The notes: generated from the letters alone by a model not told the origin. A stretch of DNA of 46,114 nucleotides from Candidatus Sulfurovum profundilacunae (GCA_047689495.1 JBEWPY010000001.1:1-46114), one strand, 5' to 3'. Positions 1 to 9,209 are shown, numbered from the stretch's first letter. Numbers and translations are program-made.

Positions 1-47
1 CATTATAACATTTTTTAGCATAATTATTTGACTGTTTAGTTAGTGGT

Positions 48-1541
48 TTAATAATTAATAACACTGCCGTCTTTATCCCGTACGGTAGAGAGACTTAACC
101 AAATGGGAAGCTTTTCCCCATTATGTTTTGAAATAGATATCTTTCCTGTCCATACATCTTTTTTATCGATAATACTCCAGACTCTTTGATAAAATCCTGT
201 ATCATTCTCTTCGGTTACAAACATATCCAGGGAACTGTTTTTCAGCTTCTCTTTTTGAAAGCCGGTCATTGTTTTAAACGCCCGGTTTGCCGTTTTGATT
301 TTTTTATTTTCATCCAGGATCAGGATTCCCTCCTGCGTATTTTCAAAAACCGTTGAAGACTGTTTGAGTTTGTTCTGATATTCGATATAATCGGTAATAT
401 CAAGCTTGATTGCAAGGTATTGAACCACTTTACCGTTAATGATAATCGGCGAAATGGATGCTTTCTCGTAGAAAAGAGATCCGTCTTTTTTCTTGTTGAT
501 CAGCTCGCCCTGCCACTTTTCACCTTTTTCAAGCGTACTGTTCATCTCTTCATAAAATCCTTCGCTCATCAGGCCGGATTTGAGGATACTGGGCTGAGCG
601 CCGATCACTTCGCTTTTTTTATAGCCCGTATGCTGTTCAAAGGCATCATTGACATAGATGATATTTCTGTCCTTGTCCGTGATAAGGACAGTGTTATCGC
701 TGTTTTCTATCGCATAACGGAATGCCAGCAGCTCCCGTGTCGCTTTAATCACTTTTCGGTAATTTAAAATCAGCAAAACCAGAACAAAAAAGGCCAAACC
801 GAAAAAGATAAGGGCAACCATTTTCTGCTTATAGATATCCGCATGGTGTTCTTTTTCGAGTCTGGTTTCTATCCTCTGCAGCGCTTCATGAAAACCGATC
901 TGACGGTTTTCATCCAGATAGCCCTTCATCGTATCAAAATCTTTTAAAAACACCTTGACCTGTCTCAGGAAATAGTCACACTTGCTCCTCTCGGCTACCA
1001 GGGGCCGGAGCATATCGATATTCTCCTGCAATACTTCCCTGTTGATCGGAATATCCATGATCAACTGTGTAATCTGAAAAAATATCTCATCGGCAGCCTC
1101 TCTCTTCTCTCCTTTGATATCAGTATTTTTAATAGACCTGCGCAGATCGTAAATATAGTGTACGGCATTGGTCATTCGGGAATTCAGTGATTTAAAGTTT
1201 TCTACCAGACGTTTTTTCTGTGCATAAAGGGAGTTCAGCCCCTGATGATAGCTCCGATAATCTTCCTGCATTAAGCAGGTATCAAAAAGCGTATCAAGCC
1301 TGTCTATTGTATTTTTTATCGTATCAAAATCCAGGTATTGGTACTTTTGCAAAAAGAAGTTATCCAGCTTCTGGTCCAGTAAAATAACCTCTTTGATATT
1401 GTCCCCGTAGACAGTATGCTCTTCAAATTTTTCATCTATCTTTTGCAGATAGGCCAAAAGGCCGGACAAAATAACAGTAAAGATAACAAACAGTATGACT
1501 AAACCGTTCATACTGTTAAAATTTTTGAATACCCCTCTCAT
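48..1541 (-). CDS. Membrane sensor (2 TM, periplasmic helical DAHL-like domain, two PAS/PAC domains); C-terminally truncated, no output domain
   Basis: Two hydrophobic segments (LVILFVIFTVILSGLLAYL; VALIFFGLAFFVLVLLIL), PAS motifs 'IIYVNDAFEQHTGY...WQGELINKKKDGSLFYE...KLDIT' and a second PAS that stops at 'RDKDGSVINY*' inside the PAC motif. DAHL assignment rests on architecture and context only. Confidence 0.75.
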   Translation of the reverse strand: MRGVFKNFNSMNGLVILFVIFTVILSGLLAYLQKIDEKFEEHTVYGDNIKEVILLDQKLDNFFLQKYQYLDFDTIKNTIDRLDTLFDTCLMQEDYRSYHQGLNSLYAQKKRLVENFKSLNSRMTNAVHYIYDLRRSIKNTDIKGEKREAADEIFFQITQLIMDIPINREVLQENIDMLRPLVAERSKCDYFLRQVKVFLKDFDTMKGYLDENRQIGFHEALQRIETRLEKEHHADIYKQKMVALIFFGLAFFVLVLLILNYRKVIKATRELLAFRYAIENSDNTVLITDKDRNIIYVNDAFEQHTGYKKSEVIGAQPSILKSGLMSEGFYEEMNSTLEKGEKWQGELINKKKDGSLFYEKASISPIIINGKVVQYLAIKLDITDYIEYQNKLKQSSTVFENTQEGILILDENKKIKTANRAFKTMTGFQKEKLKNSSLDMFVTEENDTGFYQRVWSIIDKKDVWTGKISISKHNGEKLPIWLSLSTVRDKDGSVINY

Positions 1542-1545
1542 TTGA

Positions 1546-2478
1546 CTACCTTGCTATATCCGGTATCTCTCCGGTGAGCGATTCCAAAAATTCAACGATC
1601 GCCCAAACCTCTTCACTCTCCATAGACCTTCCAAGCTGATAATGTATCATTCTGTATACGGCCTCTTCCAGTGTCTCCGTAGATCCATCATGCATATACG
1701 GTGCTGTCAATGCGATATTCCTGAGAGTAGGAACTTTAAAGACAAACTTGTCCTCTTCCTTTTTGGTGACATTATAACGCCCCAGATGCGTGGAGTTGCT
1801 CTCTTGATAGATAGCAAATTTGTTATAGAGGTTTGCCCCTGCAAGCACCCCGTTATGACAAAGTATACAGCCTTTGGACCTGAAAAGACGGTATCCTGTT
1901 TTTGCCTCGTTCGTGAGGGCATTTTCATCACCCCTTAAATAGCGGTCAAAAGGGGCATCAGGGGTGATCAATGCTTTTTCAAACTCTGCGATGGCATCGA
2001 CAAGGTTACCGGAAGTGATACCGTCCGGATAGATCTTAGCGAACATATCACGGTACTCCCTCTCTTTTTTCAACCGCTCAACGGCACCTTTCACAGTGTG
2101 GGCCATCCCTCCGGAACCCTCAATCGCGCCAAGCACCTGTTCTTCTAGGTTTTTGGCACGTCCGTCCCAGAAGAGCCTGAAGTTGTAAAATGCGTTAAAC
2201 ACCGTAGGGGTATTGATCTTTCCCTCTTCTCCCCTGATCCCTATAGAGTGATTCAAACCGTCATCACCGCCGCTGTCAAGCTGATGGCAGTTTGCACATG
2301 CAACCGTTTCATCTTTTGAAAGGAGGGGATCATGAAAGAGTTTTTTGCCAAGCAGCGCTTTTGCTCTGTCATAGACAATACTCTTCGGTATCGGTTTGAT
2401 CGGTTCTTCCCCTCTCATAAAACTGATAACAAATAGAGAGAAAATCATAACCTTCAATCCTGTCTGCAACATTTTCAC
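1546..2478 (-). CDS. Di-heme cytochrome c peroxidase / MauG family protein
   Basis: Two CxxCH motifs (CANCH, CILCH), 'LGKKLFHDPLLS', 'FWDGRA', 'FKVPTLRNIALTAPYMHDGS', N-terminal signal peptide. Start could be ATG 2472. Confidence 0.92.
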   Translation of the reverse strand: MKMLQTGLKVMIFSLFVISFMRGEEPIKPIPKSIVYDRAKALLGKKLFHDPLLSKDETVACANCHQLDSGGDDGLNHSIGIRGEEGKINTPTVFNAFYNFRLFWDGRAKNLEEQVLGAIEGSGGMAHTVKGAVERLKKEREYRDMFAKIYPDGITSGNLVDAIAEFEKALITPDAPFDRYLRGDENALTNEAKTGYRLFRSKGCILCHNGVLAGANLYNKFAIYQESNSTHLGRYNVTKKEEDKFVFKVPTLRNIALTAPYMHDGSTETLEEAVYRMIHYQLGRSMESEEVWAIVEFLESLTGEIPDIAR

Positions 2479-2511
2479 CCCCTCTCTTCTGTTTTATCCT
2501 CGCTTAGTATA

Positions 2512-3363
2512 TCATAACTCGATACAGGTACCGATACCGGAGCTTGTGAGTATTTCAAGGAGCAGAGAGTGTTCCACGCGTCCGTCGATAATATGGGCTT
2601 TTTTCACTCCTCCGCGCAGCGCTTCGATACAGGCATCGACTTTCGGTACCATGCCTCCCTGGATCGTTCCGTCAGCTTTCAGCGCTTCCGTCTGATGTAT
2701 ATCAAGATTTGTGATGAGACTCATCTCTTTATCAAGTACGCCGGGGGTATCTGTAAGGAAAAGAACTTTTCTTGCTTTCATCGCCACGGCGATCTTGCTG
2801 GCGGCCAGGTCCGCATTGATATTGAATCCCGGATGCCCGACCGTACCGCTGCCGGCGATCGGTGCGATCACCGGTACTGCCCCGTCATCAATGATATTGT
2901 TCACGATCTCGGGGTTGATGTGTTCTATCCTGCCTGTATAACCGAAATTCTCAAAGTCTTTCGGGATACCTTTCAGGAATCCTCCGTCCTTCCCTGAGAT
3001 ACCGATCGCTTTGGTCCCGTGATTGTCCAGCAGTGAGACGATCTCCTTGTTGATCTCGCCGCTGAGTACCATCTCTGCCACTCTCATCACCTCTTTGGTC
3101 GTCACACGCTGTCCATCCACAAATTTCGTATCCACACCCAGATCAGAAAGCAGGTTTGTGATGCTTTTCCCGCCTCCATGTACGATAATAGGTTTCATCC
3201 CAACAAGATGCAACAGGACGATATCGCGTGCAAACTGTTCTTTCAGCTCGGGAGTCGTTTGGGCGGAGCCTCCGTACTTGATCACGATCTTTTCATTGGC
3301 GAAACGCTTGATATACGGCAGCGCTTCATGCAGTGTTTTGACAACTTGCAGAGTATCTCTCAT
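2512..3363 (-). CDS. argB: Acetylglutamate kinase
   Basis: 'IVIKYGG', 'IVHGGG', 'NINADLAA', 'GGMVPKV', 'HIIDGRVEHSLLLEI'. Confidence 0.97.
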   Translation of the reverse strand: MRDTLQVVKTLHEALPYIKRFANEKIVIKYGGSAQTTPELKEQFARDIVLLHLVGMKPIIVHGGGKSITNLLSDLGVDTKFVDGQRVTTKEVMRVAEMVLSGEINKEIVSLLDNHGTKAIGISGKDGGFLKGIPKDFENFGYTGRIEHINPEIVNNIIDDGAVPVIAPIAGSGTVGHPGFNINADLAASKIAVAMKARKVLFLTDTPGVLDKEMSLITNLDIHQTEALKADGTIQGGMVPKVDACIEALRGGVKKAHIIDGRVEHSLLLEILTSSGIGTCIEL

Positions 3364-3466
3364 GGTTTAAAATCCTTTTTGAACAAGCCCGAAAAGGATG
3401 TTTCATCAGCAACCTCATGCAGTTACTTATGTTCTCAGAGAGCTGTCTCCCGATTACTGTGATCAC

Positions 3467-4387
3467 TTATTTTTCAGACTTGGATTGAATATATGCTTGA
3501 ATTTTCCCAATTATACCATCTTCTATGTTTAGTTTAAGCTTCAGCTCAGAAATAGGAAGCGTGAAGCCTTCCATCTTGACTCTGTCTTTGGAGGTACAGA
3601 GTATCGAATCGGCTCCGTATTCGGCAAATATCTTCCCGACCTTCGCTTCATCAAAATACTCATGGTCGGGCAGATAGATCTTCCGGACCACGCCTTCGGG
3701 AAGATAGGGGTCAAGCCTTTGGGGATTCGAGATCGCAGTAATCAGAAGCATTTTAGGTTTGATATTTTTTACCTCTACCTCTCTGCTGAAATCTCTCCCC
3801 TCTTTGGCAACGATATCCGCATACTTTTCGGTGAACCAAAACTCCCTGAATGGACCCGAAGGAAAAGGCAGGTAGTTTTTGATCGAGGCGGGCTCCAAAA
3901 TGATCTCAAACTTCTCTATCTCCACACGGTTAAACCCGTCATCAAGGATGATCAGCCTTGCACCGTTTTCCCTGGCCAGTTCTATGGCACGGTGTCTATC
4001 CTCACTAACGATCACGGAAGCATTGGGCAGAGAGCGTGCCATCAGCATCGGTTCATCCCCGCTCTTTTGAACATCCGTAAGTATCTTTCCGTTACGGCTG
4101 ACTTCTACCAAGCCGCTGCTCTTTCTGCCGTAACCCCGCGAGATAACGGCAACACCGTCATACTCTAACGCCAGTGCGATCGTAAAAGGGGTTTTGCCGC
4201 TTCCTCCGATAACAAGGTTCCCCACGCTGATCATCGGAATACCGTATGATTTTTTCGCAGTGAATCTTCTCCTTAGATACATCAATACACCATAGATCAT
4301 ACTAAGCGGAAGGAGCAGCACGATCAGCGGATAGTGATACCACTTCGGCGCAAAATACATCGCTTCAATAAAGACACTCAACTGCAC
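3467..4387 (-). CDS. lpxK: Tetraacyldisaccharide 4'-kinase
   Basis: 'ISVGNLVIGGSGKTP', 'SRGYGRKS', 'GDEP', 'ILDDGF', 'PSGPFRE'. Confidence 0.95.
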   Translation of the reverse strand: MQLSVFIEAMYFAPKWYHYPLIVLLLPLSMIYGVLMYLRRRFTAKKSYGIPMISVGNLVIGGSGKTPFTIALALEYDGVAVISRGYGRKSSGLVEVSRNGKILTDVQKSGDEPMLMARSLPNASVIVSEDRHRAIELARENGARLIILDDGFNRVEIEKFEIILEPASIKNYLPFPSGPFREFWFTEKYADIVAKEGRDFSREVEVKNIKPKMLLITAISNPQRLDPYLPEGVVRKIYLPDHEYFDEAKVGKIFAEYGADSILCTSKDRVKMEGFTLPISELKLKLNIEDGIIGKIQAYIQSKSEK

Positions 4388-5208
4388 GTTTTGGCTCCAA
4401 GCTTCTTGATCTCATTGCAGGTAAATCCCGCCTCTTTCCTCGCATCAACATTGATATGCGGACGATGCTTCTCCAGCAGCCTGTAACGCTCCAGTATCTC
4501 AAAGTAGACTGACTCGTCCACTCCTTCCTTTTCGCAAAGGTATTTAAACCATCTGTCCCCTTTATGGACATGGTCGATCTCTTCCTCCAAGATGATCTTC
4601 AGTGCCTTGATCAGCTTGGAAACAAGAGGGTTTTTTCTTTTATTATCCAGCTTTTTGATGATCTGGGGATTCACATCCAATCCGCCAGCCTCATAATATC
4701 TGGGCACGATCGCCATACGGTCCAGCACGGAGTGTGCCGTGTGTGCCGCTGCATCAAAGAGACCGCTGTGTACCGGAAAGTCGCCATACTTGTATCCGAG
4801 CTCCATAAGCAGTGCAAGCAGCATCCTGTAGTGTCGTATTTCATCCTCAGCCACTGCCAGCCAGTCCAGTTTATACTCCAGCGGCATCTGCGGAAAGCGG
4901 TAGACCGCATCCAGGGCAAGATCGATCGCCGAGTATTCAATATGCACGATCGCATGCACCAGTGTCGCCAAGCCTTCGGGGGTATCAAACTCCTTGCGTG
5001 CAGGCAGTTTAGAGGGGCTTACCATGCGACACTTCGATGCATAGGAGGGTTTACCGAACACTGCAGGGGTAAAACCCTCCGGAGAACTAACCAAGTTTTG
5101 GTTACAATACTCCAGAGAGTGCGCAACAAGCTGCGATTTACGTCCGATATCATCGCTGCGTATCGCTGTTTCTAAAATGGTATAAAAATTATCATTGTGT
5201 CTATTCAT
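4378..5208 (-). CDS. Ferritin-like domain protein (DUF455 family)
   Basis: 'HAIVHIEYSAIDLALD', 'EDEIRHY', 'EAGGLD', 'EEIDHVHKGDRWF'. Start moved to ATG 5208 because the longer ORF overlaps the opposite-strand MBL gene. Confidence 0.88.
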   Translation of the reverse strand: MNRHNDNFYTILETAIRSDDIGRKSQLVAHSLEYCNQNLVSSPEGFTPAVFGKPSYASKCRMVSPSKLPARKEFDTPEGLATLVHAIVHIEYSAIDLALDAVYRFPQMPLEYKLDWLAVAEDEIRHYRMLLALLMELGYKYGDFPVHSGLFDAAAHTAHSVLDRMAIVPRYYEAGGLDVNPQIIKKLDNKRKNPLVSKLIKALKIILEEEIDHVHKGDRWFKYLCEKEGVDESVYFEILERYRLLEKHRPHINVDARKEAGFTCNEIKKLGAKTCS

Positions 5209-5223
5209 CAGGAGAATTATAAC

Positions 5224-5829
5224 ATGCAAATCAAAATGCAACCCATGGGCCCTTACCAAACCAATTGCTATATCGTCACGGTGGAAGGAAAAAATATGAT
5301 CATCGATCCGGGAGTAGATGCGACCCGGTGGGTACTGAACAATGTCACAAACCCTGTAGCGATCCTCAACACGCACGGACACTTTGACCATGTCTGGAGC
5401 AATGCCGAACTCAAGGAGAATCTCAATATCCCGATTTACTGTCCGCAAAGGGATGCCTTCATGCTTGAAAACGACCCTTTCTCCCAGGGTACACCTCCAA
5501 GCCATCCCGATGTCCTTATCGTCGGGGATGAAGAAATTGAGATCGAAGGGATCAGGGTCAAATTCCGACACTTTCCCGGCCATACCCCCGGATGTTCTAT
5601 CATCGAGATAGGTGATGTCTGGTTCAGCGGAGATTTTCTCTTTGAGCAGAGTATCGGAAGATGGGATTTCCCCAACTCAAGCGGAGAAGAGATGATCCAA
5701 AGCCTGCAAAAAGCCATGGGAATCAAGAAGAACTTTACACTCTATCCCGGGCATGGCGTAGAGACAACACTCAAAGCAGAACAAAACGTCATCCCCTTCT
5801 GGATCGAACAGGTGAGGAGGACAATATAA
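5224..5829 (+). CDS. MBL-fold metallo-hydrolase (glyoxalase II / YcbL-like)
   Basis: 'THGHFDH', 'PGHTPG', 'FSGDFLF', 'YPGHG'; RBS GGAGA at 5211-5215 before ATG 5224. Confidence 0.93.
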   Translation: MQIKMQPMGPYQTNCYIVTVEGKNMIIDPGVDATRWVLNNVTNPVAILNTHGHFDHVWSNAELKENLNIPIYCPQRDAFMLENDPFSQGTPPSHPDVLIVGDEEIEIEGIRVKFRHFPGHTPGCSIIEIGDVWFSGDFLFEQSIGRWDFPNSSGEEMIQSLQKAMGIKKNFTLYPGHGVETTLKAEQNVIPFWIEQVRRTI

Positions 5830-5996
5830 ACGTGAATAGTTTCACGTTTAGTCCGACGGAACCGGAATGGTCGTAGCATAGCGTAGCCATGGAGGCCAGC
5901 GCAATATGATCGTAAACTGCTTTACGATCAGTACGTCGAAACCAGAGCGGTGGAGCAAAGCGACCCGCGGAGGAAAAAGGACAATATAAACGTGAA
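5818..5996. repeat. Tandem 80-bp structured repeat (2 full units plus start of a third)
   Basis: Exact 19-bp direct repeat AGGACAATATAAACGTGAA at 5818 and 5978; perfect 10-bp hairpins at 5827-5850 and 5907-5930; shared CGWCGRAACCRGA...GGAGG core. Confidence 0.85.
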
Positions 5997-6042
5997 GAGT
6001 AAAAGCCCACTCAAGAGAAGCAACCTATGCTGGAGAAAAAAC

Positions 6043-6426
6043 CTAATTCAACACATGCGTATCCAACACAAACGTCGTAAAACTTCCTTCAAAGACCAAC
6101 TTGTTGGCAACATAAGCCTTGACACTCACCTCTTTCTTTTTCCCCTTTTCACAGACAACACATGCTTTACAGAGTACTGCATCCCCAACCTTCACGGGAG
6201 CGATGAACTTTGAATTTGATGCGCCGAGCACCACATAAGGATCATTGACCGCACTCATCGCGGCATAATCCGCTGCACCGAAGATAAAGCCGCCATGCAC
6301 CAACCCCTCTGCATCAGCACGCATCTGCTGAGTGGTATGAAGCAAAACTTCGGCATATTTCTCTTCAAGTTTGGTTACTTTTCCGCATAAAGAGGTATTG
6401 ATTTCAGGATGGGTATTGAGCTGCAT
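6043..6426 (-). CDS. Hotdog-fold thioesterase (PaaI-like)
   Basis: 'GLVHGGFIFGAADYAAM', 'FIAPVKVGD'. Confidence 0.88.
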   Translation of the reverse strand: MQLNTHPEINTSLCGKVTKLEEKYAEVLLHTTQQMRADAEGLVHGGFIFGAADYAAMSAVNDPYVVLGASNSKFIAPVKVGDAVLCKACVVCEKGKKKEVSVKAYVANKLVFEGSFTTFVLDTHVLN

Positions 6427-6583
6427 ATATCTCCCTCTTTGTTTTGGAAGATTATAGCAATATTTTATAAAAGGATTTAAAAATATTTGTGTTTAAAATA
6501 GATTATATTTTTGCAATCTCTTGAAGGTATTTAATAACGTATTTAAATATTTCTCGCCAAAGGCGAAGCTTTAGTGAGATGAA

Positions 6584-6610
6584 TTGAAGAGGGACTTTGT
6601 TCCTCTTCAA
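6584..6610 (-). terminator. Probable terminator hairpin downstream of the response regulator
   Basis: TTGAAGAGG-n9-CCTCTTCAA inverted repeat 8 nt after the stop codon; U-tail weak. Confidence 0.55.
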
Positions 6611-6618
6611 GAAGAAAA

Positions 6619-7278
6619 TTAATAAGCAAATTTATAGCCGCGGCGACGTACCGTATGAATCACCTGGAACCCAAGAATCTGCTTGAGTCTTTTTCTGATC
6701 TGGTTGATCGCTACCTCTACTGTATTGTCACTGACATACTCAGGCTCTTCCCAAAGTGCATTGATGATCTCATCTTTGGAAAACACCCTCTTCTCACGCA
6801 GGGCAAGATAAGCAAGGATATCAAAAGTTTTTCCGTTCAGAGAGACATTCTTATCATCATATTTAATCTTTTTATTGGCAATATCGATGACCAGCTTGTC
6901 TACCTCAACTTGTGTGCCAAAAAGATGTCTCATGTTTGCAAGAACCCTTGCTGCGATCAGGTCAGGTTGATCCGTATGATCACAGATCACATCGTCTATA
7001 CTCAGCTTAAAAAACTCAGACTGCTGTTTAGGATTGGCAGTAAGAATCATAATCTTTGTTTCACTTTTCTTTTTCTTGACTTCATTAACATAACGTTCAA
7101 GCGAAAAGTGCACGCCCTCATCTACGATGACAACCAGTTCATAATGTCTAAAATCCGTAAAGTTTGTTGCATCATACATATCTTTCGCATTATCTACGAT
7201 ACATATGAAATATTTATCTAATTCTTTTTCGAGTTCATTGACGTATTCATCGTCAAATCCAACTGTCAGTATTCTCAT
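6619..7278 (-). CDS. OmpR-family response regulator, HsrA (HP1043)/CosR-like, atypical receiver
   Basis: C-terminus 'LWEEPEYVSDNTVEVAINQIRKRL...TVRRRGYKFAY' closely matches the HsrA/CosR winged helix; receiver domain degenerate; no adjacent kinase. Confidence 0.8.
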   Translation of the reverse strand: MRILTVGFDDEYVNELEKELDKYFICIVDNAKDMYDATNFTDFRHYELVVIVDEGVHFSLERYVNEVKKKKSETKIMILTANPKQQSEFFKLSIDDVICDHTDQPDLIAARVLANMRHLFGTQVEVDKLVIDIANKKIKYDDKNVSLNGKTFDILAYLALREKRVFSKDEIINALWEEPEYVSDNTVEVAINQIRKRLKQILGFQVIHTVRRRGYKFAY

Positions 7279-7592
7279 ATTTATACTACCTATTATTAAT
7301 GTACAAAGAATGAACCAAACCTTAAAGTTTGTTCGATTTCTTTATTTAGTGATAGATTTATAGCAAAAACAAGCTTATTTAAAAATAAAACTAAGGTTAT
7401 ATTAAATTTTAATGAGGATTTTTTCATCTATTTATAAAAAAACAGAAGAGATATCTCATCATAAGTGCTTTTCCTGCTTTGATTGACACATATTTTGGTA
7501 CAGGATCTTATTCCATAAGCCAGTCACAGAGTAAAGCCCTGTGGCCTTATGTTAAACTGTCTGGTTCTTTCCGGCGGAGAGCCCGCGCACCT

Positions 7593-8513
7593 TTAGGTGC
7601 GCGGTTTGCCTAACCCCTTCATAGCTTTAATATATACCCGTTTGGGTGCAGGATACCCTTCGACCGTTTTGGCAGGGTCGTCGGGATCAAGGAAATCCTC
7701 CAGGCTTTGGGTATCGATCCATTCCGTCTTTCTTTGTTCACTATTTTCCGTCACCATCGTCTCTAACACTTCAACGCTTTCAAAACCGGCACGGAGACAC
7801 CAGTTCCTGAGTGCAGGAACCGTAGGGACAAAATAAATATTCGGTATCTTTGAGTATTTACCTGCCGGCGTAAGCGCTACCTCTTCTTCCCCGTCGATCA
7901 TAAACGTATCCAGGATCAGTTCGCCGCCCTTTTGCAATCCTTTAAAAAGAGACTTTAGCATTGCTACAGGGTCAGAACGGTGATAAAGGACACCCAGGCA
8001 GAAAAGTACATCAAACTTATATTCATAAAACGCTACATGTTCCACGCCTAAAAGTTCATAAACAATATCTGATTTGATAAAATGATTGATAAATTGAAAC
8101 TGTGAATAATAGAGCGCTGAAGGATCAAACCCTACCAATTTCTCAGGTTCGTGTGTTTGCATACGAAAGAGATAGTAACCGTTGTTGCATCCGATATCAC
8201 CTACAACTTTCCCCTTTAGGTTAAAATGCGGTTCCAGTAAATTGTATTTGATATAACTTTGCCACTCTGTATCAATAAAAAGATCATTGATCTTAAAAGG
8301 CCCTTTTCGCCAGGGTTTCATCAAAAGTGCAGTCTCTTTGATCTGTGCAGCTTCTTCGTCACTCAACTTAGGTATATTGACAGAAACGGTGTCATTAAGC
8401 AGCACCTTTACATGCTCGGCTTCAGGCAGTTTCTTTATCGCCTCCTGTAAAGGAGCAATATTTTTCCATGTCAGCCATTTCTGGCGTTCTTCTCTTAATT
8501 CTTTTAAGTCCAT
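7593..8513 (-). CDS. cmoB: tRNA U34 carboxymethyltransferase
   Basis: 'PWRKGPF', 'IDTEWQS', 'DIGCNNGYY', 'CLGVLYHR', '[10 protein letters not shown]'. Confidence 0.95.
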   Translation of the reverse strand: MDLKELREERQKWLTWKNIAPLQEAIKKLPEAEHVKVLLNDTVSVNIPKLSDEEAAQIKETALLMKPWRKGPFKINDLFIDTEWQSYIKYNLLEPHFNLKGKVVGDIGCNNGYYLFRMQTHEPEKLVGFDPSALYYSQFQFINHFIKSDIVYELLGVEHVAFYEYKFDVLFCLGVLYHRSDPVAMLKSLFKGLQKGGELILDTFMIDGEEEVALTPAGKYSKIPNIYFVPTVPALRNWCLRAGFESVEVLETMVTENSEQRKTEWIDTQSLEDFLDPDDPAKTVEGYPAPKRVYIKAMKGLGKPRT

Positions 8514-8534
8514 TGCATGATTACTTTGTTTTAA

Positions 8535-8662
8535 AAAAGCGATTGGTCGCGAGAGCCCGCTGCTGATAAGTGATTAAATCACAGTGCAAGCGAGCCACTA
8601 AATATCGAGTTATAAGCGGACACAGTGTCAGCCTAACGACAAGAGCTTTGCCTTTATCCCGT
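8535..8662. repeat. Structured intergenic element (possible dispersed repeat or small RNA)
   Basis: Nested inverted repeats GCCCGC-TGC...GTGATT-A-AATCAC...GCA-AGCGAGC in an unusually long, GC-richer spacer between co-oriented genes. Confidence 0.4.
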
Positions 8663-8663
8663 T

Positions 8664-9203
8664 CTATTTGATGTACGCCTTGATGATCTTCTGATCGAAG
8701 ATTGGTCTGTTCATCCTGCGATCAACATCTACATTTTCAAGTGTACGTACTGCCTTCTTGCCTGAAACCACTTCACCGAAAATCGTATGTCTCCCGTTTA
8801 AGTGAGGGGTTGGTACGGTTGTAATAAAAAACTGGCTTCCGTTTGTATTTGGTCCGCGATTTGCCATCGCCAGCAAAAAGGGTCTGTCAAAGACAACGTT
8901 GGGTGCAAACTCATCTTTAAACGGCTCTCCCCAAATAGATTCTCCACCTCTTCCGGTACCGGTAGGATCACCGCCCTGGATCATGAATTTTTTAATAATT
9001 CTATGAAAGATCAACCCGTCATAATATCCATTCTTCACATGCGTCGTAAAGTTTTCTACGGCTTTGGGCGCAATATCGGGAAATAGCTTAAGTTCGATCT
9101 TGCCAACATTGGTTTCCATAACTACGATCGGGGAGTTCCCCTCCGCCTGTAGCTGCAACCCACAGAATAAGAGTGTAACAATAAGTAATTTTTTTAACAT
9201 CAT
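8664..9203 (-). CDS. Cyclophilin-type peptidyl-prolyl cis-trans isomerase, exported
   Basis: '[22 protein letters not shown]', '[18 protein letters not shown]', 'HTIFGEV'; signal peptide. Confidence 0.95.
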   Translation of the reverse strand: MMLKKLLIVTLLFCGLQLQAEGNSPIVVMETNVGKIELKLFPDIAPKAVENFTTHVKNGYYDGLIFHRIIKKFMIQGGDPTGTGRGGESIWGEPFKDEFAPNVVFDRPFLLAMANRGPNTNGSQFFITTVPTPHLNGRHTIFGEVVSGKKAVRTLENVDVDRRMNRPIFDQKIIKAYIK

Positions 9204-9209
9204 GCCTCC

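Noticed and set aside
5209-5583. N-terminal extension of the 401-aa ORF 4378..5583
   Set aside because: It is the antisense shadow of the MBL hydrolase; DUF455-like sequence begins after ATG 5208.
5818-5996. CRISPR array
   Set aside because: Only two full units, repeats are not identical, the intervening parts are themselves homologous and structured, and there are no cas genes.
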